Below the pieces are notes generated by a model. It did not search any database. It was not told the origin of the DNA and was given only the letters and a program-made list of their open reading frames with translations. A stretch of DNA of 64,000 nucleotides from Eledone cirrhosa (lineage: Eukaryota). Of this stretch, positions 10,484-28,711 are shown piece by piece (positions within the stretch are counted from its first letter, which is position 1; each line of letters opens with the position of its first letter). The DNA is taken from assembly GCA_964016885.1 (NCBI GenBank), contig OZ024742.1:219914001-219978000 (forward strand), written 5' to 3'. Both the position numbers and the translations under genes were made by a program.

Positions 10484-12099
10484 TAACTTCATGCAGCTTG
10501 GTTTCATCATTCACCAATAACAAAAGCTTGTTTAAAAAAAAAAATGAATTTCTGATACAGAATATGATCTAACCATTTCCTATAAATAATATGGTATTTT
10601 GTATTATTCCCATGATATATCTTCTTCCTATTTTATCAACCTTGAAAGAATGAAAGACAAAGTTAACTATGGCAGGATTTAAACTCAGAGAAGAGAGAGT
10701 TGGAATAAATACCATAAGACATTTAACTTGATATTCTAATGCTTTAAGCACCCATGAAGAAGACAGTGATGACAGTCACCACCCCATAAATATACACACA
10801 TACATGAATATATACATATATATGTATGCTTATCAGCAGCAAGTCATGCATGGCTATGTTGTCAGAAAGCATCAAAGTGAGAGTAATATAGACAACCAAA
10901 GTAGTCTTGGAAGGATATGGTTTTGCAATCCACGTACAGAAAATAACAACAAACTATATGGTACACAATAGAGATAGAGATGCAGGTAAAACATCTAGAT
11001 GTAACAATAGATGCAGTCTGTGGAATAAACAGGGTGGATGTAACCTACTTCATAAGTTGTTGTTTGAAGATGACATCATGATACTATCTACTTATGAGGT
11101 GTGATGTAGAAAAGTAACCAAAATACTATACAATATGATCTGTAGAAAGGCTAGTCCTGAAGATATATAAAATGTTACAGCAATGTGGAGGACAAACACA
11201 TAATATGAAAGAGTACTGGTAGAATTTCAGTCAAAACCTTAATAAAATCTAAACATAACACCAGAGAAAAGAAAGCATGTACAGTAGTGAAAAGCAGCTG
11301 CCAAGCAGATGTTAACACAGTGTTAAAGATTAGTGAAAAGTAGAATATTTTTGCTGAACTAATGAGGAACCTGTAGATATTCCACTTAGACTATACTTTT
11401 AGATTTGTACCTGAGGTCATTGGGTAATTGGTTATGTTATTAACTGCCAGAGCACAAATCTTAAGAAGGTGGGCTTCATAGAAAGGGCATGGCTAATTAG
11501 GAAATTACAAGTACAATCCATTAACAGAACTGTAAAAATATATAAAACATTTAAGATATTTAGCATGTAATAACAGCACATACACACATATAGAAACAAA
11601 AACATGTATATAACTCAAAACATACAGATCCACACATGCAATGCAATCCACACACACACAAACAAACAAACAATAACTTTGTTGATGATGTTTAAATTCC
11701 AAAGAAAGTATTGTTTCTAAATTAGAAACCATCTCTCTTGCTCTATTGGTGAGAAATTGATAAAAAAAAAAAAACACAGCAGAACATTCATACATTACTT
11801 GTTATATATTACATTTATCATCATTGTTTTACCATATATATATGTGTGTTCATTAAAGTGTTTCATATTTATAGGGAAAACGTTTTTAGTTGAAATTACA
11901 CCATGCTGATATAACCCTGAATCCATAAAATTTTGCTTTTCATCTTTCACAGTGAAAAAGAAAATGGAAACCAGAAAGACCATTTGGCAGCTTGAGAAAA
12001 AGCCTGAGTGGGAGTTAACTCAGATTTGACTCCCCTCCAAACAAGTGCTCTTGTATTTTTTCTACCATCACATCGAACTGGGGGGAGGGGGGGAATTTC

Positions 12100-13210
12100 A
12101 GTTGCCATAAAAAAACACAAGCCAGAAGATCCAGGAAGTGAGGAAAAAAGCAGATATTCCTACCAAAATGGAAAAAAAATACATTTTCACTTAAATTGAG
12201 AAATTGTATAAGGAGCATCAAGGACTGAAAAAAGAAAACTCAAGGATGACTGACAGTAATTGCAAAGTATGAGAGGTGATCTCGAGGATATTTTTGACAT
12301 TGCAAGCCAAGACATTCTTGAACAAATAGATGTCCTATTTGAAGACAAAGCTTTCCTTGAGACACAGTGGGAAGATCAGATGTCTTCATTCATGGCTGAT
12401 GTGGAGAGTGTTGGTCACAATGTGTCTGAAATTTCGATTTCCCTCTCAACTGTTTATTGAGCAAGAACCAGTTATTGTGAGATGATGGCTCAGAAAATTG
12501 AGTTATTCGATTTCTCACCTGAAGATAGATCCTGGCTAGTTATTCACTGGTATGGAGAATAATTACTATCGGCTTCCTGATCCAGCACACTCGGAGATCT
12601 GATTACAGGAAAAGGAAATGAGGAGCTCTTAGGTGTTCCTATTACAATAGATGGAACTGGATGACAAGTTGTGGAAGTTGTTTTGAGGGGAATTCAACAA
12701 CTCAAAATTAATGACAGAATAATAGGGATGCCCTTTGATACCACCACCAGTAACATCAGTAGGCACCAAGAAGCAGCTCTGAAAATATCCCTTTTGTTGC
12801 TAGCTTGTTGCCATCAGATTCTTGAATCAGTTTTAAAGACAGTCTTTGAGATCTTTTTCCCATCACCTGTACAAAAAGTTCCGGTAACACTGGAAGTCCA
12901 TCGATAATTTTTATTATGGAACTATCCTGGATGATGATGAGCCCATGGGAGATTTTTACAAGCAAAAGATGGATGAGATAGCTGAATATCTACTGACTGT
13001 ACTGCTTTCTGGAGATCATCCCTGAAAAGACTATGCTGAGTTCATAAAGCGTTCCTTTCTCTATCTTGGTGGTTGGCCATCTCCTCAGTTCTCCTTCTTG
13101 GTCCCAGGAGGTTACCACCAGGCTTGTTGGATGGTTAAGGCCATATATGTAATCAAGATAGTTCTTTTCAAAGAACAACTTAAGCTTACACCAATGTAAG
13201 TCAAGAGATC
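12100..13210 (+). mobile_element. Decayed hAT-superfamily (hATm-like) transposase
   Basis: Across stops and frameshifts: IEKLYKEH, DIFDIA..EDKAFL, VIHW, LLGVP..DGTG, IGMPFDTTTSN, LLACCHQILE, PGGYHQACWMVKAIY. The subfamily assignment is from memory. Confidence 0.65.
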
Positions 13211-15889
13211 TACAAAAAGTAATTTCTGGTTATAAATTTCATTCATAAAAAGTGTTTCATCTTTAACCCCAATATTATTGTGTATTTTGCATGCATTCAT
13301 TCTGCTTATTTTCATTTCATTTCATTCTGTTGTGTGGTTTCCTCAATGGATTCAGTAAGGTGAACAGAAAGAACAAATCATCATAAACAAAAAGATGTGA
13401 AAGTGTGCAACCTCTAAATATTATTTGATTGACAACCTATAATTCGGCATACATCGTTATTTCATCAACTCAAACATGAGTGTAATTAACATGAGATGAT
13501 TGGCAATTAGTTTGCAAAATGTAACACCCTAATGTTCACGCTGGTATGGGTTGAATGGCTTTACATATGACTAAATGCTGATAAAAATACCAAACCTATA
13601 GTTTTGTATTAACTGTGTATACTGAGTAACATTCAGAAACATGTGTGCATAAAGTAATAAAATATGTAACAGTATGTAGAAACAGTAGCTTATATACTGA
13701 CACATTCTTATAATACATCTTTGCAACATAATCAGCTGCTAAAGTTATAAATTAGAATATGCAATTTCTTGGGTAAAATTAATTAAGGAAGAGTTTTCAA
13801 GAGATCTACTGTAGTTACATATAATAATTATGAACATTACTAAGAAAACCAGCTGTTCACTGATGTAGTTATATTAATAAGATATTAGATATACTCTTAA
13901 TATCATTTTCTCTGTACATTGAGATATCTTTCTAAATGTTTACCATTTATTGATAAAAATCAGTTTTCTTGATAATTTCCGAAATAAAGCTGAAGCTTTT
14001 AAATTACATCAGCAAATAATATAATATCCTTCATGAAATATCCATGGATTTCCATCTCATACAGTGCAGAATCTCACTGGATTCTTGCTTATTGATTTTA
14101 TATTGGGATAAGTCCCATAATGCTGGTGCCATAACAAAAAATACCCAGTTCACCCTGTATGGTGGTAGTGCTGGTGCCAAGACAAAAGGCACTCAGTACA
14201 CTCTGTGTGGTGGTAGTACTGGTACCACAACATAAAGTACTCAGCCCACTCTACTAGGTTCCAACTATATAATATTTCTAGAAAAATGAAGGAATTAATT
14301 CTAAGTCTTTTTTTTCTTTTGTTCTGTCCCTTCTAATGGGGTCTATTTTCTAGAGAGTGTATATATGTATGTGTGAGAGAATGATGGGATGCATGTGTTC
14401 TATTGGTTGTTACATAAGGTGTTACAGATAGATAATATTGCTGGGATGGCAAGATATTCTTTGTGGTGAGTTACTTCATCTGTTATCAAAGCTTACAGTT
14501 AAGTGCATTTTGGCACAGATTAGCAGTTTATTAAAATAAAGTACCTGCTGACTTGGCTGGTAGGTTATTTTCAGTGATGTGACAATTCTGTCAATCCACC
14601 ACTTTAATTTGATCACCCTCGAAAGTATGAAATGTAAGTTGACCTCAGCAGGATTTAATCTGAGAATATGAAGAGCCAGAACAAATACCCCAAGACATTT
14701 TGTTGAATGCTCTAATAATTCTGCATGCCCTAGAATGAATTAACTCTAAGCAAGAGTATATTTTTAGCTTTACTCCAAAGCAACTTTGGGATCACAACTC
14801 CAAAGAAGAATATATGGAGTCTAACAAGAAAACAATCATAATTTTGATCTAGCTGAATCTCATTCAACATCACCTAAGTAATATCGATATGTGCGCTCTG
14901 TATCCCAGTTTTCGAATACATATACCATGTTCCTTGAAGTTGTTTAAAGCAACCGAAAGGGTTGGTATCTATTTCTGCAGGGGTGTAGAAAACTACCTCA
15001 GGAAACTTATCCAACGCATGCCAGCATGAAAAAGTAGACATAAAAACAATGATAATGATAGTTTCTGATTTAGGCACAAGACTAACAATTTTGGGGGAGG
15101 GGAAAGTTGATTATTTTATTGACCCTGTAATGATGAAAGGCAAAGCTAATCTTGGAGGTATTTGAACATAAAGGATCATAACTATATGCCACACAGTAGC
15201 CCAACACTCTTTCTCAGTCAGATTTAATATAGCAGACAATATCAAGAATAAATCTGATGGCAGTTAGTCTTAGTATATTATGAAACACATCATAGATCAT
15301 ATGAAGTAATTAGTTATAATGTTCTTGGACCTTTGTCAGTTCCAACAATGAGTGTTCCAGTTGTTGAAACAGCTTCCTTGTGAAACTAATGTGCAAGTGG
15401 CTGAGCATTCCAGACACATGTATCTTTATTATAGTTCTCTGGAAGATTCAACATGATACAGTTTATGACATGAGTGACTTACAGGTACAATTCATATTTG
15501 CCAGCTGAATGGAACTATGTGAAATAAAGTGTCTTGCTTAAGGACACAATGACCATAAGAATGTGAGCTGAATACCCTTACCACTAAGCCATGCATCTTC
15601 ACAATTATCGAAAGTTATATTTCTATTTTTGTTTAGAAACAATTTCAAAATCATAGAAAGAACATACAAATCTGGAAATAGGCAGACTCTACACCTCAGT
15701 CTAGGCAGCATGTCTCAGCTATGCCCTGGGCATAGCTGAGACATGCTGCCTAGTCTAGACAGTATGTCTTAGCTGTGCCATGCAAACAAAATGTGAAAGC
15801 ATTATTCTGAAGAACACCCAGAGACACCTGCTGCATCAGCTACTCCACTTCACACATCTCCTTTTCCCAGACTAATTTAATAGAGGAAA

Positions 15890-16150
15890 ATTACAGTCTC
15901 AAAGACAACAGGCTTGAACAGGAAGTGGTCAGTCAAGTCTTGGTATATAACTATTTTCCTCTCCTCTGCATTACAGATGCCCAGGCTTGTGGATGAAACA
16001 ACAATGTTGGAGATGAAAAAAGTGTTGCAGCACATGGTGTTCCAGATCAGAGATTTACATCCCTCAAACAGGAAGATGGTTATCCTGCCATGGTCATAGC
16101 CAGCAGGTCCCAGTTTGACAAGAAACTGACCACAACAAGGCTTCTTCTGG
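15890..16150 (-). mobile_element. Decayed CRE-like LINE restriction-like endonuclease fragment
   Basis: LIWNTMC..AEERKIVIYQDLTDHFLFKPVVFET resembles the WD.TC..AE..K..Y..L...F.P...ET motif. Confidence 0.55.
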
Positions 16151-16977
16151 TGATAGTGGTGGTGTGTCAACAGAGGTGACTTGCACTGTGGCATCAAGGG
16201 AGCAGGTATACACCAAAACCTGTTTCAGAACAAATTTTGAAATATATTCTCCATTTTTATAAACAGGTGTAAATTTACAATAAAGAAGCCAACACATGTA
16301 TAAGAATGAGTTGATTGTTGAAACATGTACAACAATTACTGCAGACATAGCTACATTGTGTAAGATTAATAGCTATTTACTTTTCTATAGAAACTAAACT
16401 TTACAAGTATTTCATTTTGTTAGTCAGAATGTGAAACGTTGAAGATTTATTACTTCCGATGGAAGCTTTCAGAAACAGCAGGAATAATTATGTTTCTAAC
16501 AGTTTTAGAGTAAGACAAGAAAACAGCAAGGAAATGTGGAAAGACTAATGGCCAGTTATGTGAGAGTAAGTGATTTTATTATTGGATATGTTACTATAGT
16601 GGATTAGCAGTAACATTACAGCATCAGACAGCATGCTTTGCAGTACAGAGTCATATCCCTTTACATTTTGAGTTCAAATCCTGCCAAAGTTTGCTTTGCC
16701 TTTCATCCTTATGGGGTCAATAAAATAAAACACCAGTAATGCTTATGGTCAATTTAATTGACTTTCCCCTCTCCTAAATAATCAAACCAGAAACCTTTAA
16801 ACATCAAATAAAAGTCCTTGATTCAATTCCTGCAAGAACTCGGGAATGCTACTGAAGAAAATAGCAATTGAAATTTTATCAGCAGAGAATCCAAAATATA
16901 GAAAATAACTGGTCTTAGTAGAAATAAAGATTCTTATGTTTATCTAAACTCAAACATAAAATTTCTTATATATATAT

Positions 16978-20158
<3,181 letters not shown>

Positions 20159-23100
20159 CTGAATATTTTCCTTAATTTACATGGCTTCTGAAGTATTATT
20201 TATGTCTATAAAGTACAACACTGATATTTATGTCTCCAATGATTTTTATATCCCATGATTAAACTTACAAATAATCACACATGAAACAAATCTTTTATAA
20301 ATATATTTCATTTGGCCCAGCAAGTTATTTTTTAAGTACATTATTTGACAGAAATGCTATAGATATTAACAACCCCCCACAAAACATCTCCAGATTCTTA
20401 TTAAGAATATTAAACGTTTAGATAATTCCCCCTTTTTCTTTGTTTAGATAAATAGTTTTAATCTATTTTTTCATATGTTTTATACAATTTCTTAATATTG
20501 GTAGTGCCTTATTAACAACAACCACACCCTTCATTTTGATAGTCAATCTGATCTGTACTTAAGATTTTTCTTTTAAAACCATTTTTTCATATTAATTCTT
20601 CTTTACATTTCAAACTACTAACCTGACATTATTTCCAATCCTCTGGTAATACACTGAATTTTTATTGGTGTTTCTTATAGTGAGTTTACAAAATCCAATA
20701 AATATGTTGTTGGCAGATAAATCTAAATGTTCCTCTTGTTTTTGTCCTTTGCATTAAAAATTGTTCATGTGCTATTTCCATTTTTTTTTTCCAGCAGACG
20801 TTTGAATATCTTTTAAACACCGCACTGAATGTTAATAAGATATTATTTAAAGTCCTACTTTAAATGTCAATTTTTAAGGACCATATTGTGAGACAAAGTG
20901 AATCCAAATCCTTTTTGTAAAAATTAAAGCAATTTCCGCATTTTTATTTCTTTATTGCATTTTTAGAAAAATAATGTTATTTCTTTAGCTTAATTACTCC
21001 AAGATATTTCTAATTACCAAATTAATTACTCCTGGACAACTGTATTAGTTCAGTGTTCTGAAGGATTTTATGCTAGGGATCTCAGAATTTGTTTTGTCTC
21101 ATTTTATGTGCAGGCATGAATGTGCAGTTAAGAGTTCACTTTGTACATAGTTTTGGGCTGTAATTCTAAATTCTTGTCCGACTTATCCCTGGGAGGGTTG
21201 TGGGGCAGAGACCTCAAGTATGCCTTTCAGCTAGTCTTGTCAGAAGCAACTATCTCCAATTAATCCGGCTGTATCCCCACAAAAATGAAAAAAAAAATTA
21301 TGGCTGATTGTTTACTTTGAAATGGAGATGGGGGAGGAGGAAGAGGAGAAAAATATTTTATCGATTTATAATCAATGTTTAAAACATAAATCTAAAGAAA
21401 TCGTTGAAAAATCAATCAACAGTGATATGCTAATTCCAACACTTCACCTTAGAATTGTTGTGAATTAGTGTGGCTGCTCACAATGTATTGAAGCTTCAAA
21501 CCACCCTGAGTACCCATGTCTGATGATGGGCCTGCGCTGCTGCTGCTGATGTTCTTTTTGAACTTCAGAATAACAAAAAAAATAAAAAAAGGTTGACCTT
21601 TCTGCTGACCTTATTTTTTTAGAAATTCCCCAGTTTTCCGTTATACAATTTTGTGAAGATTAGGCTTTGCGTGTTCACTTTAGATTCTCAAGTGTTCATT
21701 TTTACTTTTGTAATTATGGTAACTTTCTATATGGTTTTATTTCAACTGTGATAGTATATTTTAGAAGTATAATTTCGTTTTGGTTTGTTTATATATAGCA
21801 ACTACTAAATTATACAATGTATCAGTTGTTATCTGAGTCTACATTGACAACTAATGCTTATTCAGGAACTATGATGGCTGTAATGTATCAAAAAGCGTAA
21901 GAATCAATTGCAAATGTAACCTACATGTCATCTCAAACACTTGCTTGGTGGAAGGTAACAGGACATCATCATTATCATCATAATCATCATCATCATCATT
22001 TAACATCCATTCTCTCAGCTTGAACAGGTTGGCACAGACAATGTTGTTACTTAATTGATGCTACTGACCTCTCATAATAGCTAACAGTAATCTAATACTA
22101 AGAAGTACATCATCATCATCATCATCATCATTATTAGTACTATCACCATTATCATCATCATCACCACCATATGTCTGCATTTGTACATATTGATAGTTAC
22201 AGCTCTTCTAGACAAACTGGAAAACTACACCTCACATGTTCATTTCAATATTAAAAGCATCTAAACACCAAGTGATAAAATAAGTCTGATAGTGAAATAC
22301 AAGTGAAAAAGAGAAAGAAATGTAAACACTCCTTATTACAAGATTCAAAATCAAATAGACAGGTAAGTAATTTGGGTTAAGGAATAGCAAATTACAGACG
22401 TTGTCCCTCTCAAAATATTTGAAAGCCATCTTACATTTTTAGTAAAATGAAAACTAAAGAAAACTGGTTGTTGTCAAATTTAAAAAAATGGAAAAGCAAA
22501 GTAAGAAAATTGAATTTATTCTGCAGTCTACTGTGGAAAATAAATTTTGGAAATATGTCAAGGCAAAAGTAATGTAATATGAAATCAAGTGACATGAAAA
22601 TCATAAAAAAGACAGACAATGCATTGAAAAGATGAATATATTTGAATATTGTGCTGTTTTCAGCTTATATTTTATGAGTACTATTGTACTACAAACAAAA
22701 TGTCTCAATTACATACTTAATCAGTGTTTAAGTATGAAAACAGGCGAGCCCTATAAGAGGGTGGTTCATCTAACACACCAGTCTTAGGCCCAGAGAGCAG
22801 AAAAGGGTACCATGAATATCTAATACTCTCAACCTCCTTATTCCTAAAAAATCTTTCAAGTTCTAGAATTTACAGAAGAGCCCCCCCCCCCCCCCCACAC
22901 ACACACACTCCCCAAGGGCCTGAAAGCAATCTTGTTTCACCTTGCAAAATTGCTCTCAGAAGCCGCGAACACAAAACATAAAAAAAAGTTATGATAAAAT
23001 ATGTTATCACTAGAAGTGTAGATAAACATAGTTATAGTTTATTTACTTCTTCTTTCCCTATTTATTCCTGAGAGGGTCATGGGGACAGAGTGCTCAAACA

Positions 23101-24741
23101 TATCAAGGTGAATAGTAATGCTTCTGAATGAGAGTGGTTGCCAATTCCTAATTCAGTGTGAAAATAACCAGAAGTTATTTTATTAGGTAGCACAAGTAGC
23201 AGAGGTCAGTACTCTTAGCTTCTTGAAGCCCTTATAAGACTGGGGGGTTCAGGAATAACTTGTTGAAGTTTATGTGGTTATAACCAGTAAGAGATGTGGA
23301 GATTTTGTTCTATTTTCATATATTTATATATTTGAATTTATAGGAAATATTGATAAAATGTGATAATTAGATAGAATTTGTTAGCCTTGAGGCAATTTAA
23401 TTATTTTTCCCTCAAAGAAATTCACTTCTATAAATTGTTTTTACCAGGAATGACTTGTCAAACTGTTTAAATTAATATTCTGAATGAAACATATCACTAG
23501 TAAAACCTATGTTACATTGGTAACATGAATAGAGGAGATATTTAATTTAATTCAGGTTGTACTGATTGTATATTTCTAAAGTGTAATACATAATTGATTG
23601 ACATTGTTGCTGACAACAAAAATTAAAAACTATATTTTTACTAGTTATAATTTTATTTGATAGTTTTCCTTGTATGTGTTTTTATAAGTTTATAAATGCA
23701 CATTATCATGATCACTCTTATGTCTGCTTTCCAGACTGGCATTGGTCCATCCTATGCCAGTAAGGAAGTGGTTATAATCACAATGGTTATGAGGTTAAAA
23801 TGCATGGTTCAAATTCAATTAGTGATTATTTTTGTGCCTCTGATCTAAGCCACCAATTCTGATCTCTGTGGTTTATGAGGCAGAACAAAAGAAAAAAAAA
23901 GAAACAGGCTCTACTCCATACTTTTTATTAGAGGGGGTTTAGCAATAGAAAGGTCATTTTATTGTAAAAGCAATGGCACAACAAATTGTACCATGACATT
24001 GGCATGTTTAAGAGAAAATAGACATTACGAATGCAAATTAGAAAAGAAAGAAAGCCAGACAACACGGGAGCCTTAATACAGTCCACTCTACCTGCCAGAA
24101 ATCTTAACCTAACCATATTGAAAAACACTATATTAGATAATATCTTAGTCACAGCTGGAATGATTGATGTAAAATCTACTAGATTAGGGCTAACATAAAG
24201 CAAATAAAAACTAGGAAGGAATATTTTTGTTGTTGTCAGCAGCTCAAGTTAACTTTTCTTCAATACACAAGTAACAGACTACACAGAAAAGTCTGCTTGA
24301 TTATGACTAACATGGAGCTTTCTCATTATTAAGCTGATGTTTGGAACCTCCCTTAACAAAGGTTCTTACATAAAATTATGATGGAAAAGCTTTAGATAAA
24401 GAAAAACATTTATAGATAAATAGCATTGTATCATAAAATCAGCAACAGCTTCAGGCAGTTTGGTATCAAAAGGTTAAACAACTGTTAGAAACCACTGAAG
24501 CTGGATTACAAGATCAATTTTATAAATAGTAGTGGATTGTATTAGAAAGTAGCCTGAAATGAAAATGTTGCCAGTGGACTACTGGCTACTTTCTCCTAAC
24601 TATAATCCTCTTGATGAAGGACTAACATCTGATACGTTGAAACATTCATTTTCCTTTTCTAACTAGCATAGAACTAATAAGACTTTGTGTAATTGTATCT
24701 CTGTATTTGTTGTTTTTAATCTTGAACTATACATATATATA

Positions 24742-25380
24742 TACAGAGTGGCATATGAAAAGTAGCCCGGATTCTATAGCATATTGAAAATACAGAAATA
24801 ACTTTTACACGCACAAAAAGCACCCAGCTTTTCGTTTGCAAGTGTCTGTGTGTTATTTCAACCGTTTATAACTGTTGAACAAAGATGGCACACTAGTCGA
24901 TTGTTTGCTGTGTTATCCTCACCACATTAGTTGACTGTAAGATTGCATTGAGTGAATATCACTCGTCTTTTCTGCAAGCTGACATACACAATAGCAGAAT
25001 TAGTGGAGATTGTGGAAGATTATGTGAGAATGGTTTCTGTTAAGCAAACGCATGAAATTTATGAAGTCAAATTTCCAGGTAAAGGCTTACCGGCAAAGAG
25101 AACAATACAAATGTTGGTTAAGAAGTGGCATGCTATGGGTTCAGTGCACAATGTCCCAAAACAAAGAGACCCTACAGTTCAAATGCCTGAAGTCATTCAG
25201 GACATTCACAAAGAGATTACTCAAAGTCAAAAGAAGTCAACATGTAAATTGGCACAGCACTCTCACATAAACAGGCCATGCCAATGGATATTGAAAGGTC
25301 TAAAGTTGAATCCATATCATTTCACATGTGTATAGCAATTAAAAGTAGTTGACAAGAGCCAACAAGTAAATTACTGACAT
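24742..25380 (+). mobile_element. Tc1/mariner fragment (left end + N-terminal HTH)
   Basis: Starts TA-CAGAGTGG; ORF 24952-25335 YTIAELVEIV..FPGKGLPAKRTIQMLVKKWHAMGSV..SQKKSTCKLA is typical of a mariner/rosa N-terminus. Confidence 0.75.
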
Positions 25381-25530
25381 GGCATCTAGTTATATTATTG
25401 AATCCCTTCAAATTCTTCATTATTTTCAAACATTTGAAAATTACAGGTTCTGTTTTTCGTTAGAAATATGGTAATGAAAGGGTAAACTGGTTTGTTATTG
25501 ACATAAACATGGTCCATGTATCCCTATTAC

Positions 25531-27547
25531 ATTCATCATCATCATCATCATCATCATCGTTTAACGTCCATCTTCCACGCTTGCATGGGTTTGGACGGGA
25601 GTTTTCCCACTTGAGGCAAGATTGGTTGTCCTGCTCGTATAGGACTGTCTGGTGGGTTTTCTACGGCTGGATGCACTTCCTAACACAAACCACGTTTACA
25701 GTGTGGACTGGAGGTTTTTACCGTGTTACCTACACGGCCACATTACAACGTGGACTGTGCGTTTTTGTGTCATGACACCTACACGTCTGGCGGGTTTTCT
25801 ACGGCTGGATGCCCTTCCTAACACCAACCACGTTTACAGTGTGGACTGGGAGGTTTTTACCGTGTTACCTACACGGCCACATTACAACGTGGACTGTGCG
25901 TTTTTGTGTCATGACACCTACACGTCTGGCGGGTTTTCTACGGCTGGATGCCCTTCCTAACACCAACCACGTTTACAGTGTGGACTGGGAGGTTTTTACC
26001 GTGTTACCTACACGGCCACATTACAGCCTGGACTGTGCGTTTTTGTGTCATGACACCTACACGTCTGGTGGGTTTTCTACGGCTGGATGCCCTTCCTAAC
26101 ACCAACCACATTTACAGTGTGGACTGGGAGGTTTTTACTGTGTTACCTACACGGCAACATTACAGCCTGGACTGTGCGTTTTTGTGTCATGATACCTACA
26201 CGTCTGGTGGGTTTTCTACGGCTGGATGCCCTTCCTAACACCAACCACGTTTACAGTGTGGACTGGGAGGTTTTTACTGTGTTACCTACACGGCCACATT
26301 ACAGCGTGGACTGTGTGTTTTTTTGTCATGACACCTACACGACCTCATTTGTTTCGGACTGGATGTTGTGGTACCAACATAACTTCACATTTAAGGGTGT
26401 GGTGTGGATGGGGTGGGTAGTGGGACGGAGGTGTATTTTGTTAGAGGTGCCTACTAACTGTAGGTTTCGCTTTGTACTTAGGCAAGGCGGGTTTTCTGTA
26501 TAACTGTGTAGCGCCAAAGATCTATTGTCTTGGAGAGGTGTAAGTGTGTGAGGTTAGAATTTATCAAGTCGTCCCAGGTTTTTCTGGGTCTGCCTACTCC
26601 GTGGCTACTGTCTATTTTTATCGCCCTGCACTTTTTTATACAGCTGTCGTCTTTCATGCGCATCACGTGACCATACCAACGTAGTCTTCTCATGAGTAAA
26701 CATCATCTGATCCCTCTTATTCCTACTTTCTCCCTTAGTTCGTTTATGCTTTGCTGTTCACGTATGTTACTATTACACATCCAGCGGAGCATGCACGCTT
26801 CGTTCCTCTCCAGTCTGCATATATCCTCTGCACACAATGCCCAGGTCTCACTGCCATGTAACATTGCTGTTCGTATGCAGGCATCATACAGCCTGCCTTT
26901 CATTTTTAGAGAGAACCCTTTAGCAGCCAATAGTGGTATAAGCTCTCTGAACTTTTTCCATCCCATTCTGACTCTAGCTACTGTACTTTCAGAGCACCCT
27001 CCCCACTGCTGATTTTGCACCCAGGTACCGGAAGGTGTCCACTATTTCTATAGAACCATCTGTGCAATGGAATGAGCTAGTATTCCGTGGGCACTTGCTG
27101 CTACTTATTGCACCAGAGCATCAGCCACATATAAAATCTATATTCTTAGTTAGCTTACCTGTGATCCCACTACATCTTTTACATACTTTGCATTTGGAAC
27201 ATAAAATGGAGTTTCTGCCTACTCCTTTCCTACACACTGAGCATGGTCATTTCCCAGATGGGACCAGTGCCCTATTTTCCTTCCTACAAACTAGAACTTT
27301 AGTCTTAGACAAGTTAACTTTAAGGCCTTTTGATTCTAGGCCATGCTTCCATGTTTGGAATTTCTTCTCTAGTTCAGCCATTGATTCAGCTATGAGCGTT
27401 AGATCATCTGCATATAGGAGTTCCCATGGGCAGCCGGTCTTGAACTCCTCTGTTATAGCCTGAAGGGCAATAATAAATAGTAGGGGACTAAGGACGGAGC
27501 CCTGATGAACACCAACTTTTACGCTAATCTCTTCACTATATTCGTTT
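25531..27547 (-). mobile_element. RTE LINE family A, 5'-truncated second copy
   Basis: Colinear and highly similar to 17558-18990; frameshifted; (GAT)n tail. Confidence 0.95.
25648..26342. repeat. Five tandem 139-bp units in the RTE 3' UTR
   Basis: ggatgcccttcctaacacc recurs with period 139 (ORF starts 25809, 25948, 26087, 26226). Confidence 0.9.
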
Positions 27548-28508
27548 GATGAACACCAACTTTTACATTATATATGTATATATATAAACATGCCTTGCTA
27601 ATATTTAGGACTTAAAACCTGTTTTAAAGATATCACAATATCACAATAGGTATATGAAATGACTAAGTTAGAGTTGTTTAGTTACCTTGAAATATATTTA
27701 TTTAATAGTTCAGTATGATATTTAAAGAGATTTTAACTAATCATACTGAGAGTCATGTTTTCCCATGAATCTGCAAGTAGTAAACAGTAAATAACACTAT
27801 TTATTGTACTGTAAAGAACCATTCCAATAGAGAAGGAGGGAGGAGGATGCATGTGTGTGAGAGGATATGTATTTGTGTGGTTATATGTGTGATCATTTGT
27901 GTGAATATATGAGTGATTATATGTCTATATTCCTGTATATGTGTGTGTGTGTACATTTATGTGTGAGTATATATGTAGGGGAGTATATGTGAATAGGTGT
28001 ACTGTGTGTATGCTGAGTATGTGTGTGTGTGTGTTCGTGCACATGGTGTATCCAAACGTGTGTGTGTGTATATACAATGATTGTCATAAATAAGTTTCTG
28101 GAACAAAATGGTGAGAAAAAATCTAGATAGATATATCATGAAAAGTAGTTTTGTTTGTCCATTTTTTTCCAGTCTTTGTTTACTTTGATCTCAGAGCTAA
28201 AAATATTTGTGAAAATGTCTGAATTCTTTCACATGATAATAGCTAAACAACAATAATTTATTTCATATACATAAGGTCAGAAATTTGTAGTGGCAACAGT
28301 GACCCCAGTAATTGACAGGCATTTTATTTTTTCACCTGTCTCCACCCCCACCCCTTGAAAAGATGAAAGGCAAAGGTGATCCCTAAAAATCAATATTACA
28401 TTAAGTGTTGCCAGTCAGTCTGTCACATGAATGGTGACAGTATAACTAATTTCTCTTTTTGTTGCTTCCATTGACTTCGTAATTCAGCATTGTATCTTCC
28501 AACAGTGT

Positions 28509-28543
<35 letters not shown>

Positions 28544-28557
28544 CTATCTGTATGTGT

Positions 28558-28605
<48 letters not shown>

Positions 28606-28711
28606 AAAATTAACTTAAGGGTTGTCATGTCTGAGAGACATGCGCCATATCCACGGTAGAATAAGCTCAAAGATTCCAATGAATAGATCCGAGCATTACA
28701 TATCAACTAGA

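Noticed and set aside
16423-16565. AG...GTAAGT-bounded candidate exon
   Set aside because: Stop codons in all three frames; could only be non-coding, with no other support.
25648-26342. CRISPR-like regular repeats (also 56071-56205 and 10105-10330)
   Set aside because: Units are contiguous with no unique spacers, there are no cas genes, and the context is eukaryotic retroelements.
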